A DNA stretch of 64,000 bases from Eledone cirrhosa (lineage: Eukaryota): positions 7,564,001-7,628,000 of the forward strand of contig OZ024756.1 of NCBI GenBank assembly GCA_964016885.1, read 5' to 3'. The notes beneath the pieces are model-generated. The model did not search any database. It was given only the letters and a program-made list of their open reading frames with translations, and was not told where the DNA came from. Shown in pieces: positions 19,464 to 36,577 of this stretch (positions within the stretch are counted from its first letter, which is position 1; each line of letters opens with the position of its first letter). The translations under genes and the position numbers were made by a program.

Positions 19464-19740
19464 AAGAAAAAGAGATGAAATCGAAAATGCAACTGAAGTT
19501 TTATTTTTTTTTTAAATATATATATTTATTTGGTTCCTTTACCGGTTTCGCAGTTCTTCTGCTTTTCAAAAGGTGAGTTGAGATGGAGGGTCTGTGGTTT
19601 AAAACCAAATAAATATATATATTTTAAAAAAAAATAAGACTTCAGTTGCATTTTCGATTTCATCTCTTTTTCTTTATACTTCCACTCGTGTAGGACACCT
19701 CGGTTATTTTTCATTTTGTAAAAAAAAACCTCACTGTCTA

Positions 19741-19741
<1 letters not shown>
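19461..19741. mobile_element. Second foldback copy of the 7115 family, with U3-A8 hammerhead on the minus strand (~19536-19573)
   Basis: Same arms and tail as 7115-7447 but a different inversion point; TA-flanked. Confidence 0.75.
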
Positions 19742-19783
<42 letters not shown>

Positions 19784-19829
19784 CGTGCGTGTGTGTGCGT
19801 GTATGTGTGTGTGTGTGTACATACATACA

Positions 19830-20367
<538 letters not shown>

Positions 20368-20644
20368 ATAAGTAAATAAAATAAAATAAAATAAGATAAA
20401 TAAATACATACGCAAGCACAATAACAACAAGCACATAAACACACACTAGTCACCCAGCAGACACAACACTATACACACTAGTCACACATCACACATAACA
20501 CTATACACACACGCAAACGCATGCGGAAAGAAGACAAAATAAAATAAGATAAACAAACAAGCAAATAAATAAATAAATATATAGACAGACTGAATAAAAA
20601 ATGGCGTAGACATACAACACAACAGGAGGAACAATGAATAGAAC

Positions 20645-20685
20645 ACCACTGACGATGTTGCAGATGTGCAACGAAAGATTTATGT
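20645..20685 (+). ncRNA. Hammerhead-like motif in the PLE 3' UTR/pLTR (weak stem I)
   Basis: CTGACGA t gttgca-gatg-tgcaac GAAA gatt TA, ~280 nt downstream of the GIY-YIG stop. Confidence 0.55.
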
Positions 20686-20892
20686 AAATTATGTAAACTA
20701 TATATATATGTGTTTGTGTCTATATTGTATCTGTATTATTTTTGACCGCCGGTCAGTCAATGGCAACATTGAGGACCGAGTAAGTTAGATCGCAGATATA
20801 AAAGACAGCGAGAAGCGAAAACCAACCAAACAGTGAGTGTGTTCTGTTATTAATTCTGGCAATATTACGCAAATATGACCCTCCCCAAGTAT

Positions 20893-20938
<46 letters not shown>

Positions 20939-21153
20939 ATAATAATAAATCTGAAGAGTAAAATCCAAAGATGGCTTGATAAGGATAAATATATATCAAA
21001 TATATATAAGAACCCTAGAGCAAATATATATTAAAATAACAGATTAAAGTTTAAGCAAAGAATCGCTGCTTTCACCCTTAACGGGATCTTCTGAAACACA
21101 CACACACATTATATATACATGTATGTATGTATGTATGTATGTATGTATGCCTC

Positions 21154-21708
21154 ATGGTCGGGTCGTTGGCGACTAAACTGGCAACCCCACCAAGGTTTCT
21201 TGGTGAGGAGGGTGACTTTGGACATCCTGCAGGACTAAAACCAAAACCTGTCAAAGGGCAAAGGAGCTCTTAAGAGTCAATGGCCATCCAAAATCACCGG
21301 GAGAGATGACCCATTAGCCTTTGTCAAGGCAGAATTCTAGGAGAAGGAAAACTCTGATATAACACCTGCAACCCTAATGGTATCCAATGATGTTGACTTG
21401 TTCTTCTTTTTGGTAAATATCATCTTGGTTAAGAGAGAGGGACTGGCTTTGTGCAGTGCCTTTGCTCACTATAAAAGCTTCACGGCACAGGCATTGCTTT
21501 ATATCTGGAGATCTCTCTGCACTTGTCGTCACATGGCACCATGGGCCCAGTACTATGTGTCAATAATTGTCACAGGTGTAGTGTTTGTACCAGAGTTGTT
21601 AAGTCACTGGTTGGACTAAAAAGTCACACTCGCTCAGCGCATCGCAAGAGGTTCTCCTACATGGATATAAAGTAGTGGCCGTACTCAAAACGAGTTGGCA
21701 GCCACCAT
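21154..21708 (+). mobile_element. ~550-bp dispersed non-coding element, copy 1
   Basis: Highly similar to 35676-36225; termini atggt...accat; inserted in (TATG)n. Confidence 0.75.
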
Positions 21709-21937
21709 GTATGTATGTATGTATATCTGTATGTATGTATATATATAGTATTTTAAACCAACAGAAGGCCAGACTGGAATCTCTCTTTAGAATTTGTTTT
21801 ATTCCACGAAAACATTATACATATTTCGAGGGATGATTTGCTAACGTCGATTGCTTTAATTCATTGCATCCTCGTATACTAACAGGAGTCACCAATTCTA
21901 CTTATTGGTAAACAACCTATCATAAATGATATACATA

Positions 21938-22002
<65 letters not shown>

Positions 22003-22363
22003 CATATCTAGGAATAGTAAACAAGATAAGAAGTGTATAGTTACTTCCTTTAATGTCTAGACTGCAGTTTCGCTGAGTAATAACAATATTACGAATACTG
22101 TGAGAAACTCATCGCCTCATGAGATTTCTCAGTCAAGAAAGAAAATTCAAGATAGAAACATTGTTCCTTGTTACCAGCTAAGGGTGATCATTTCAAATGG
22201 AAGAAATATCACGTGATTAGCGGTCAACAGGAAGATAGTGGAAGGTGGCCAATGCCTAGGAGCGAGCTGCTAGAAATAACAGTCCTATTCGGCCAAATGT
22301 TATACTCCACCATAGGGGTGTAAATTACAAATTTATTTAAGATATAAACATATCGTTACACAA

Positions 22364-22403
<40 letters not shown>

Positions 22404-22405
<2 letters not shown>

Positions 22406-22580
22406 CGAAGGAAATGTGGTAAGGAACGAAGTGAACCATAACGCACCAAAGTACTCAATACTTAGGGTAGTAGAGTGAGTAATAGGAACGACTAAGACCC
22501 CGACGGCTGAGCTCAAGCCGTTTCGACAGCTAATTCTGGACTAAAATTTAGTCCAGCCGTCGGGGTCCTACTCGTTCTTA
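22404..22580 (-). mobile_element. Family C foldback remnant
   Basis: Reverse of the 9303-9511 tail and arm, with a short inverted end; TA-flanked. Confidence 0.7.
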
Positions 22581-22664
22581 TATATATATATATGACATCC
22601 AACCCTTCTGTTACACTACATCTCTATTTGTTTAATCTACCTACCTATATCTCGCTGATAACGC

Positions 22665-23610
<946 letters not shown>

Positions 23611-23756
23611 TCCGCCACCACCTTAATAACCCACTACACATCAACGACACAAGTAAAGGGGACAATCATTCAGCAGACATCAGAAAACCCCACAAATAAT
23701 TTGGGAGAAAACAAATGAAATATTTTTCTTTCAAGTTCATCGTGTATATAAAAACC

Positions 23757-26700
23757 CCGCCATAGGAACACCGCCATGACAATGTATAGGAACACCGCCA
23801 TGACAGTGTATAGGAACACCGCCATGACAGTGTATAGGAACACCGCCATGACAGTGTATAGGAACACCGCCATGACACTGTATAGGAACACCGCCATGAA
23901 ACTGTATCGGAACACCGCCATGACAGTGTATAGGAACACCGCCATGACACTGTATAGGAACACCGCCATGACACTGTATCGGAACACCGCCATGACAGTG
24001 TATAGGAACACCGCCATGAAACTGTATAGGAACACCGCCATGACACTGTATCGGAACACCGCCATGACAGTGTATAGGAACACCGCCATAACACTGTATA
24101 GGAACACCGCCATGACAGTGTATAGGAACACCGCCATGACAGTCTATAGGAACACCGCCATGACAGTCTATAGGAACACCTCCATGACAGTGTATAGGAA
24201 CACCGCCATGACAGTGTATAAGAACACCACCATGACAGTCTATAGGAACACCGCCATGACAGTGTATAGGAACACCGCGATGACAGTGTATAGGAACACC
24301 TCCATGACAGTCTATAGGAACACCGCCATGACACTGTATAGGAACACCACCATGACAGTCTATAGGAACACCGCCATGACAGTGTATAAGAACACCACCA
24401 TGACAGTCTATAGGAACACCGCCATGACAGTGTATAGGAACACCGCCATGACAGTGTATAGGAACACCGCCATGACAGTGTATAGGAACACCGCAATGAC
24501 AGTCTATAGGAACACCGCCATGACAGTCTATAGGAACACCACCATGACACTGTATAGGAACACCACCATGACAGTCTATAGGAACACCGCCATGACAGTG
24601 TATAAGAACACCACCATGACAGTCTATAGGAACACCGCCATGACAGTGTATAGGAACACCGCCATGACAGTGTATAGGAACACCTCCATGACAGTGTATA
24701 GGAACACCGCCATGACAGTGTATAGGAACACCGCCATGACACTGTATAGGAACACCGCCATGACACTGTATCGGAACACCGCCATGACACTGTATAGGAA
24801 CACCGCCATGACACTGTATAGGAACACCGCCATGACAGTGTATAGGAACACCGCCATGACAGTCTATAGGAACACCGCCATGACAGTCTATAGGAACACC
24901 GCCATGACAGTCTATAGGAACACCGCCATGACAGTCTATAGGAACACCGCCATGACAGTGTATAGGAACACCACCATGACAGTGTATAGGAACACCGCCA
25001 TGACAGTGTATAGGAACACCTCCATGACAGTGTATAGGAACACCGTCATGACAGTCTATAGGAACACCGCCATGACAGTCTATAGGAACACCGCCATGAC
25101 AGTGTATAGGAACACCGCCATGACAGTGTATAGGAACACCGCCATGACAGTGTATAGGAACACCGCCATGACAGTGTATAGGAACACCGCCATGACACTG
25201 TATAGGAACACCGCCATGACACTGTATCGGAACACCGCCATGACAGTGTATAGGAACACCGCCATGACACTGTATAGGAACACCGCCATGACACTGTATC
25301 GGAACACCGCCATGACAGTGTATAGGAACACCGCCATGACACTGTATAGGAACACCGCCATGACACTGTATCGGAACACCGCCATGACAGTGTATAGGAA
25401 CACCGCCATGACACTGTATAGGAACACCGCCATGACACTGTATCGGAACACCGCCATGACACTGTATAGGAACACCGCCATGACACTGTATAGGAACACC
25501 GCCATGACACTGTATCGGAACACCGCCATGACAGTGTATAGGAACACCGCCATGACACTGTATAGGAACACCGCCATGACACTGTATAGGAACACCGCCA
25601 TGACACTGTATCGGAACACCGCCATGACAGTGTATAGGAACACCACCATGACACTGTATAGGAACACCGCCATGACAGTGTATAGGAACACCGCCATGAC
25701 ACTGTATAGGAACACCGCCATGACACTGTATCGGAACACCGCCATGACAGTGTATAGGAACACCGCCATGACACTGTATAGGAACACCGCCATGACACTG
25801 TATAGGAACACCGCCATGACACTGTATCGGAACACCGCCATGACACTGTATAGGAACACCGCCATGACACTGTATAGGAAGACCGCCATGACAGTGTATA
25901 GGAACACCGCCATGACAGTCTATAGGAACACCGCCATGACAGTCTATAGGAACACCGTCATGACAGTCTATAGGAACACCTCCATGACAGTGTATAGGAA
26001 CACCGTCATGACAGTCTATAGGAACACCGCCATGACAGTGTATAGGAACACCGCCATGACAGTGTAAAGGAACACCGCCATGACAGTGTATAGGAACACC
26101 GCATGACACTGTATAGGAACACCGCCATGACAGTGTATAGGAACACCGCCATGACAGTGTATAGGAACACCTCCATGACAGTGTATAGGAACACCGCCAT
26201 GACACTGTATAGGAACACCGCCATGACAGTCTATAGGAACACCGCCATGACAGTCAATAGGAACACCGCCATGACACTGTATAGGAACACCGCCATGACA
26301 GTCTATAGGAACACCGCCATGACAGTGTATAGGAACACCGCCATGACAGTGTATAGGAACACCGCCATGACAGTGTATAGGAACACCTCCATGACAGTGT
26401 ATAGGAACACCGTCATGACAGTCTATAGGAACACCGCCATGACAGTCTATAGGAACACCGCCATGACAGTGTATAGGAACACCGCCATGACAGTGTATAG
26501 GAACACCGCCATGACAGTGTATAGGAACACCGCCATGACAGTGTATAGGAACACCGCCATGACACTGTATCGGAACACCGCCATGACAGTGTATAGGAAC
26601 ACCGCCATGACACTGTATAGGAACACCGCCATGACACTGTATCGGAACACCGCCATGACAGTGTATAGGAACACCGCCATGACAGTGTATAGGAACACCG

Positions 26701-28027
26701 CCATGACAGTCTATAGGAACACCGCCATGACAGTCTATAGGAACACCGCCATGACAGTGTATAGGAACACCTCCATGACAGTCTATAGGAACACCGCCAT
26801 GACAGTGTATAGGAACACCGCCATGACAGTCTATAGGAACACCGCCATGACAGTCTATAGGAACAAAGCCATGACAGTGTATAGGAACACCGCCATGACA
26901 GTCTATAGGAACACCGCCATGACAGTGTATAGGAACACCGCCATGACAGTCTATAGGAACACCGCCATGACAGTGTATAGGAACACCGCCATGACAGTCT
27001 ATAGGAACACCGCCATGACACTGTATAGGAACACCGCCATGACAGTCTATAGGAACACCGCCATGACAGTGTATAGGAACACCGCCATGACAGTGTATAG
27101 GAACACCGCCATGACAGTGTATAGGAACACCTCCATGACAGTGTATAGGAACACCGTCATGACAGTCTATAGGAACACCGCCATGACAGTCTATAGGAAC
27201 ACCGCCATGACAGTGTATAGGAACACCGCCATGACAGTGTATAGGAACACCGCCATGACAGTGTATAGGAACACCGCCATGACAGTGTATAGGAACACCG
27301 CCATGACACTGTATCGGAACACCGCCATGACAGTGTATAGGAACACCGCCATGACACTGTATAGGAACACCGCCATGACACTGTATCGGAACACCGCCAT
27401 GACAGTGTATAGGAACACCGCCATGACAGTGTATAGGAACACCGCCATGACAGTCTATAGGAACACCGCCATGACAGTCTATAGGAACACCGCCATGACA
27501 GTGTATAGGAACACCTCCATGACAGTCTATAGGAACACCGCCATGACAGTGTATAGCAACACCGCCATGACAGTCTATAGGAACACCGCCATGACAGTCT
27601 ATAGGAACACCGCCATGACAGTGTATAGGAACACCGCCATGACAGTCTATAGGAACACCGCCATGACAGTGTATAGGAACACCGCCATGACAGTCTATAG
27701 GAACACCGCCATGACAGTGTATAGGAACACCGCCATGACAGTCTATAGGAACACCGCCATGACAGTCTATAGGAACACCGCCATGACAGTGTATAGGAAC
27801 ACCGCCATGACAGTGTATAGGAACACCTCCATGACAGTCTATAGGAACACCGCCATGACAGTGTATAGGAACACCGCCATGACAGTCTATAGGAACACCG
27901 CCATGACAGTCTATAGGAACACCGCCATGACAGTGTATAGGAACACCGCCATGACAGTCTATAGGAACACCGCCATGACAGTGTATAGGAACACCGCCAT
28001 GACAGTCTATAGGAACACCGCCATGAC
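23757..28027. repeat. 24-bp minisatellite (ggaacaccgccatgacagtgtata), roughly 178 units
   Basis: Unit visible; 8-aa periodic ORFs (MTVYRNTA). Confidence 0.95.
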
Positions 28028-31000
28028 AACACCACCATAGCGACACCGCCATGACAATATATAACAACACCGCCATGACAGTGTGTGACAACACCGCCAT
28101 GACAGTATATGACAACACCGCCATAGGCACACCGCCATGACAGTATATGACAACACCGCCATAGGCACACCGCCATGACAGTATATGACAACACCGCCAT
28201 AGGCACACCGCCATGACAGTATATGACAACACCACCATGGGAACACCGCCATGACAGTATATGACAACACCGCCATAGGAACACCGCCATGACAGTGTAT
28301 AACAACACCGCCATAGGAACACAGCCATGACAGTGTATGACAACACCGCCATAGGAACACCGCCATGACAGTATATGACAACACCGCCATAGGCACACCG
28401 CCATGACAGTATATGACAACACCGCCATAGGCACACCGCCATAGGCACACCGCCATGACAGTATATGACAACACCACCATGGGAACACCGCCATGACAGT
28501 ATATGACAACACCGCCATAGGAACACCGCCATGACAGTGTATAACAACACCGCCATAGGAACACCGCCATGACAGTATATGACAACACCGCCATAGGCAC
28601 ACCGCCATGACAGTATATGACCAGACCGCCATAGGCACACCGCCATGACAGTATATGACAACACCGCCATAGGAACACCGCCATGACAGTATATGACAAC
28701 ACCGCCATAGCGACACCGCCATGACAGTATATGACAACACCACCATAGGAACACCGCCATGACAGTATATGACAACACCGCCATAGGAACACCGCCATGA
28801 CAGTATATGACAACACCGCCATAGCGACACCGCCATGACAGTATATGACAACACCGCCATAGGAACACCGCCATGACAGTATATGACAACACCGCCATAG
28901 GAACACAGCCATGACAGTGTATAACAACACCGCCATAGGAACACCGCCATGACAGTATATGACAACACCGCCATAGGAACACCGCCATGACAGTATATGA
29001 CAACACCGCCATAGGAACACCGCCATGACAGTATATGACAACACCGCCATAGGAACACAGCCATGACAGTGTATAACAACACCGCCATAGGAACACCGCC
29101 ATGACAGTATATGACAACACCGCCATAGCGACACCGCCATGACAGTATATGACAACACCGCCATAGGAACACCGCCATGACAGTATATGACAACACCGCC
29201 ATAGGAACACCGCCATGACAGTATATGACAACACCGCCATAGGCACACCGCCATGACAGTATATGACAACACCGCCATAGGAACACCGCCATGACAGTAT
29301 ATGACAACACCGCCATAGGAACACCGCCATGACAGTGTATGACAACACCGCCATAGGAACACCGCCATGACAGTGTATGACAACACCGCCATAGGAACAC
29401 CGCCATGACAGTATATGACAACACCGCCATAGGAACACCGCCATGACAGTATATGACAACACCGCCATAGGCACACCGCCATGACAGTATATGACAACAC
29501 CGCCATAGGCACACCGCCATGACAGTATATGACAACACCGCCATAGGCACACCGCCATGACAGTATATGACAACACCGCCATAGGCACACCGCCATGACA
29601 GTATATGACAACACCGCCATAGGCACACCGCCATGACAGTGTATGACAACACCACCATAGGAACACCGCCATGACAGTATATGACAACACCGCCATAGGA
29701 ACACCGCCATGACAGTATATGACAACACCGCCATAGGAACACCGCCATGACAGTATATGACAACACCACCATAGGAACACCGCCATGACAGTGTATGACA
29801 ACACCGCCATAGGAACACCGCCATGACAGTATATGACAACACCGCCATAGGAACACCGCCATGACAGTATATGACAACACCGCCATAGGCACACCGCCAT
29901 GACAGTATATGACAACACCGCCATAGGCACACCGCCATGACAGTATATGACAACACCGCCATAGGAACACCGCCATGACAGTATATGACAACACCGCCAT
30001 AGGCACACCGCCATGACAGTATATGACAACACCGCCATAGGCACACCGCCATGACAGTATATGACAACACCGCCATAGGAACACCGCCATGACAGTGTAT
30101 GACAACACCTCCATAGGAACACCGCCATGACAGTGTATGACAACACCGCCATGACAGTATATGACAACACCGCCATAGGCACACCGCCATGACAGTATAT
30201 GACAACACCGCCATAGGAACACCGCCATGACAGTATATGACAACACCGCCATAGGCACACCGCCATGACAGTGTATGACAACACCGCCATAGGAACACCG
30301 CCATGACAGTGTATGACAACACCGCCATAGGAACACCGCCATGACAGTGTATGACAACACCGCCATGACAGTATATGACAACACCGCCATAGGCACACCG
30401 CCATGACAGTATATGACAACACCGCCATAGGCACACCGCCATGACAGTATATGACAACACCGCCATAGGAACACCGCCATGACAGTGTATGACAACACCG
30501 CCATAGGAACACCGCCATGACAGTGTATGACAACACCGCCATGACAGTATATGACAACACCGCATAAGGCACACCGCCATGACAGTATATGACAACACCG
30601 CCATAGGAACACCGCCATGACAGTATATGACAACACCGCCATAGGCACACCGCCATGACAGTGTATGACAACACCGCCATAGGAACACCGCCATGACAGT
30701 GTATGACAACACCGCCATAGGAACACCGCCATGACAGTATATGACAACACCGCCATAGGCACACCGCCATGACAGTGTATGACAACACCGCCATAGGAAC
30801 ACCGCCATGACAGTGTATGACAACACCGCCATAGGAACACCGCCATGACAGTGTATGACAACACCGCCATGACAGTATATGACAACACCGCCATAGGCAC
30901 ACCGCCATGACAGTATATGACAACACCGCCATAGGCACACCGCCATGACAGTATATGACAACACCGCCATAGGAACACCGCCATGACAGTGTATGACAAC

Positions 31001-34000
31001 ACCGCCATAGGAACACCGCCATGACAGTGTATGACAACACCGCCATGACAGTATATGACAACACCGCCATAGGCACACCGCCATGACAGTATATGACAAC
31101 ACCGCCATAGGAACACCGCCATGACAGTATATGACAACACCGCCATAGGCACACCGCCATGACAGTGTATGACAACACCGCCATAGGAACACCGCCATGA
31201 CAGTGTATGACAACACCGCCATAGGAACACAGCCATGACAGTGTATGACAACACCGCCATAGGCACACCGCCATGACAGTATATGACAACACCGCCATAG
31301 GAACACCGCCATGACAGTATATGACAACACCGCCATAGGCACACCGCCATGACAGTATATGACAACACCGCCATAGGAACACCGCCATGACAGTGTATGA
31401 CAACACCGCCATAGGAACACCGCCATGACAGTGTATGACAACACCGCCATGACAGTATATGACAACACCGCCATAGGCACACCGCCATGACAGTATATGA
31501 CAACACCGCCATAGGAACACCGCCATGACAGTATATGACAACACCGCCATAGGCACACCGCCATGACAGTGTATGACAACACCGCCATAGGAACACCGCC
31601 ATGACAGTGTATGACAACACCGCCATAGGAACAGCGCCATGACAGTGTATGACAACACCGCCATGACAGTATATGACAACACCGCCATAGGCACACCGCC
31701 ATGACAGTATATGACAACACCGCCATAGGCACACCGCCATGACAGTATATGACAACACCGCCATAGGAACACCGCCATGACAGTGTATGACAACACCGCC
31801 ATAGGAACACCGCCATGACAGTGTATGACAACACCGCCATGACAGTATATGACAACACCGCCATAGGCACACCGCCATGACAGTATATGACAACACCGCC
31901 ATAGGAACACCGCCATGACAGTATATGACAACACCGCCATAGGCACACCGCCATGACAGTGTATGACAACACCGCCATAGGAACACCGCCATGACAGTGT
32001 ATGACAACACCGCCATAGGAACACCGCCATGACAGTATATGACAACACCGCCATAGGCACACCGCCATGACAGTGTATGACAACACCGCCATAGGAACAC
32101 CGCCATGACAGTGTATGACAACACCGCCATAGGAACACCGCCATGACAGTGTATGACAACACCGCCATGACAGTATATGACAACACCGCCATAGGCACAC
32201 CGCCATGACAGTATATGACAACACCGCCATAGGCACACCGCCATGACAGTATATGACAACACCGCCATAGGAACACCGCCATGACAGTGTATGACAACAC
32301 CGCCATAGGAACACCGCCATGACAGTGTATGACAACACCGCCATGACAGTATATGACAACACCGCCATAGGCACACCGCCATGACAGTGTATGACAACAC
32401 CGCCATAGGAACACCGCCATGACAGTGTATGACAACACCGCCATAGGAACACAGCCATGACAGTGTATGACAACACCGCCATAGGCACACCGCCATGACA
32501 GTATATGACAACACCGCCATAGGAACACCGCCATGACAGTATATGACAACACCGCCATAGGCACACCGCCATGACAGTGTATGACAACACCGCCATAGGA
32601 ACACCGCCATGACAGTGTATGACAACACCGCCATAGGAACACCGCCATGACAGTATATGACAACACCGCCATAGGCACACCGCCATGACAGTATATGACA
32701 ACACCGCCATAGGAACACCGCCATGACAGTGTATGACAACACCGCCATAGGAACACCGCCATGACAGTATATGACAACACCGCCATAGGCACACCGCCAT
32801 GACAGTATATGACAACACCGCCATAGGAACACCGCCATGACAGTGTATGACAACACCGCCATAGGCACACCGCCATGACAGTGTATGACAACACCGCCAT
32901 AGGAACACCGCCATGACAGTGTATGACAACACCGCCATGACAGTATATGACAACACCGCCATAGGCACACTGCCATGACAGTATATGACAACACCGCCAT
33001 AGGCACACCGCCATGACAGTATATGACAACACCGCCATAGGAACACCGCCATGACAGTATATGACAACACCGCCATAGGCACACCGCCATGACAGTGTAT
33101 GACAACACCGCCATAGGAACACCGCCATGACAGTGTATGACAACACCGCCATGACAGTATATGACAACACCGCCATAGGCACACCGCCATGACAGTATAT
33201 GACAACACCGCCATAGGCACACCGCCATGACAGTATATGACAACACCGCCATAGGAACACCGCCATGACAGTGTATGACAACACCGCCATAGGAACACCG
33301 CCATGACAGTGTATGACAACACCGCCATGACAGTATATGACAACACCGCCATAGGAACACCGCTATGACAGTATATGACAACACCACCATAGCGACACCG
33401 CCATGACAGTATATGACAACACCGCCATAGCAACACAGCCATGACAGTGTATGACAACACCGCCATAGGCACACCGCCATGACAGTATATGACAACACCG
33501 CCATAGGAACACCGCCATGACAGTATATGACAACACCGCCATAGGCACACCGCCATGACAGTATATGACAACACCGCCATAGCAACACAGCCATGACAGT
33601 GTATGACAACACCGCCATAGGCACACCGCCATGACAGTATATGACAACACCGCCATAGGAACACAGCCATGACAGTGTATGACAACACCGCCATAGGCAC
33701 ACCGCCATGACAGTATATGACAACACCGCCATAGCAACACAGCCATGACAGTGTATGACAACACCGCCATAGGCACACCGCCATGACAGTATATGACAAC
33801 ACCGCCATAGCAACACAGCCATGACAGTGTATGACAACACCGCCATAGGCACACCGCCATGACAGTGTATAACAACACCGCCATAGGAACACAGCCATGA
33901 CAGTGTATGACAACACCGCCATAGGAACACCGCCATGACAGTATATGACAACACCACCATAGCGACACCGCCATGACAGTATATGACAACACCGCCATAG

Positions 34001-34180
34001 GAACACCGCCATGACAGTATATGACAACACCGCCATAGGCACACCGCCATGACAGTATATGACAACACCACCATAGCGACACCCCCATGACAGTATATGA
34101 CAACACCACCATAGCGACACCGCCATGACAGTATATGACAACACCGCCATAGGAACACCGCCATGAAAGCTCCGCCATGA
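28028..34180. repeat. 38-bp minisatellite (gacaacaccgccata-ggaacaccgccatgacagtatat) with interspersed 24-bp units
   Basis: Unit visible; 38-aa ORF periodicity equals 3 x 38 nt. Confidence 0.95.
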
Positions 34181-34448
34181 TAATTTAGAACATCAAATCT
34201 CGTTTTCAAAAGAAACTAAGTTACTCATAGACGTGATATTTATAAAACCATCGAAAGTTTTATTATTTTGGCCCCCATTTTATAGCAGGTTTTTGTTATA
34301 TCACACAGACTCCCTCAGACATATGTCTAGATAATATGTTTGAAAGTGTGTGTGCGTAAATATGTGTGTGTGTGTGTGTATGTATATTTATATATGTATA
34401 TATATATATATAAATTTAAATATGCGTGTGTGTGTATGTGTGTGTATT

Positions 34449-34480
<32 letters not shown>

Positions 34481-35675
34481 ATGTGTGTGTTTGTGTGTGT
34501 GTGCCTGTGTGTATGTGTGTATATATATTTATATATATATATGTGTAGCTGCGTGTGTGTGCATATATATATATGTGTATATATATATATGTGTGCCGGT
34601 ATGTGTGTGTGTTGGTGTGCGTGCATATGCGGATGTGCGTACATATATATACACATATATACATAATACTGACACGAAGGCATCGAATCGGACCGAAGTT
34701 CCCCAATCGATTCCGCACTCACTCGATGTTTTAATTAAGCTAGTGTCATTAAGAGACCAACTCTAATGAAAACAGAGTGTACACTAGAACGGTAAATAAT
34801 TAGAAAGGCGATTTCGTGAGGTTATAGAATTAGATTCTCCCTTCCCGGCCGAATTAGTTTCCACTACGCCACCTGTTGAAACAGGAGCTGGCGTTCACAG
34901 AAAATTTGGTAATGCTATTAAGTATTACATAATCTGGCTATGGACAGCTTCATCAGCGAGGAAAATTAGTATATATCAAGACGATAGGAAAGGGTTTTCC
35001 GTAGTCTTAGCTACTCACTGTTACTCACTCAACAATGATGTCTCGAAGGCACATGCGATCAAATCACTCGGAGTACTAACCAAATGTATATTTGTAATGG
35101 AGTTGTAACACTAGGAATAAGTCTTGGACCAAATATAGGTTTCTTCAAAAGCACTCTGCAGCAACAGGTGCATGCTGCAATCCGTTAGCTGCAGCAGTAG
35201 AGTAAGTACAAGTACTCTTGCCGGGAAATAGTGCAATTTACTTCGTCAGTAATTTACTTCGTTGTAAAATCTGTGTCTTCTCGGCGTGACTCTCTGCTAG
35301 CTAGTACAATACATATAGAGGCTGCATTAGGTAGTGTATATATATATATATATATATAATATATATATATATACACTACCTAATGCAGCCGTTATATGTC
35401 AATGAGGTAAATCAATACAGTACAATGATCCGTTTTGGTTTAACGCTTGGTATAGTAGCAAGAGTTTGACCTTTTGGACGTTAGTCTTTCATCAGAAGAT
35501 AGAATGAGAGGTAGTAAAAACATAGAAAGAACACGGTGATTTATAGCTGAACAATCATCAGCAAGAGGAATGAAGAGGAAGAGAAGAGAATGAAAGTGTT
35601 TTCATGGTGGTAACTAAAGAGATTATTTATCAAAGAAATATATATAATACCGGTATTATATGTATGTATATATGT

Positions 35676-36225
35676 ATGGTCGGGTGTTGGCGACTAAACT
35701 GGCAACCCTACCAAGGTTTCTTGGTGATGGGGTGACTTTGGACATCATGCAGGACTAAAATCAAAACCTGTCAAAGGGCAAAGGAGCTCTTAAGAGTCAA
35801 TGGCCATCCAAAATCACCGGGAGAGATGAACCCTTAGCCTTTGTCAAGGCAGAATACTAGGAGAAGGGAAACTCTGATATAACACCTGCAACCCTGATGG
35901 TATCTAATGATGTTGACTTGCTCTTCTTTTTGGTAAATATCATCTTGGTTAAGAGAGTGGGACTGGCTTTGTGCAGTGCCTTTGCTCAATATAAAAGCTT
36001 CAAGGCACAGGCATTACTTTATATCTGGAGATCTCTCTGCCCTTGTCATATGGTACCATGGGCCCAACACTATGTGTCAATAATTGTCACAAGTGTAGTG
36101 TTTGTACCAGAGTTTTGAAGTCGTTGGCTGGACTAAAATGTCACACTCGTTCAGCGCATCGGTAGGGTTTCTCCTACATGGATATAAAGTAGTGGCCGTA
36201 CTCGAAAACGAGTTGGCAGCCACCA
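35676..36225 (+). mobile_element. ~550-bp dispersed element, copy 2
   Basis: Matches 21154-21708 end to end; in TATG/TA microsatellite. Confidence 0.75.
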
Positions 36226-36374
36226 TATATATATATATATATATAAATATATGTGTGTGTGTCTGTTAATATGTGTGTATGTATTCTAAAATATATTGCA
36301 TTGTAAATTTACCTCATTCCAAAATAAAAAATATACATACTTCTTCAAAATATACGCTCAAATGAATACAAGTA

Positions 36375-36479
<105 letters not shown>

Positions 36480-36577
36480 CTCTATTATATATATATATAT
36501 ATATATGAATTAAAAAAGTGAGAACGGGGCTGTGTGGTTACCAATAAATATTATTTAGAAAACGTGTGATAAAACAC

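Noticed and set aside
21377-21619. Short ORF also present at 35897
   Set aside because: Part of a repeated element; an indel and different stop positions between copies; no domain.
23757-34180. CRISPR-like appearance of short regular repeats
   Set aside because: No unique spacers and no cas genes; eukaryotic tandem repeat.
23666-34209. Very long ORFs (up to 2424 aa), Cys/His-rich
   Set aside because: Open in several frames and on both strands because the minisatellite unit lacks stops; no domain or splice evidence.
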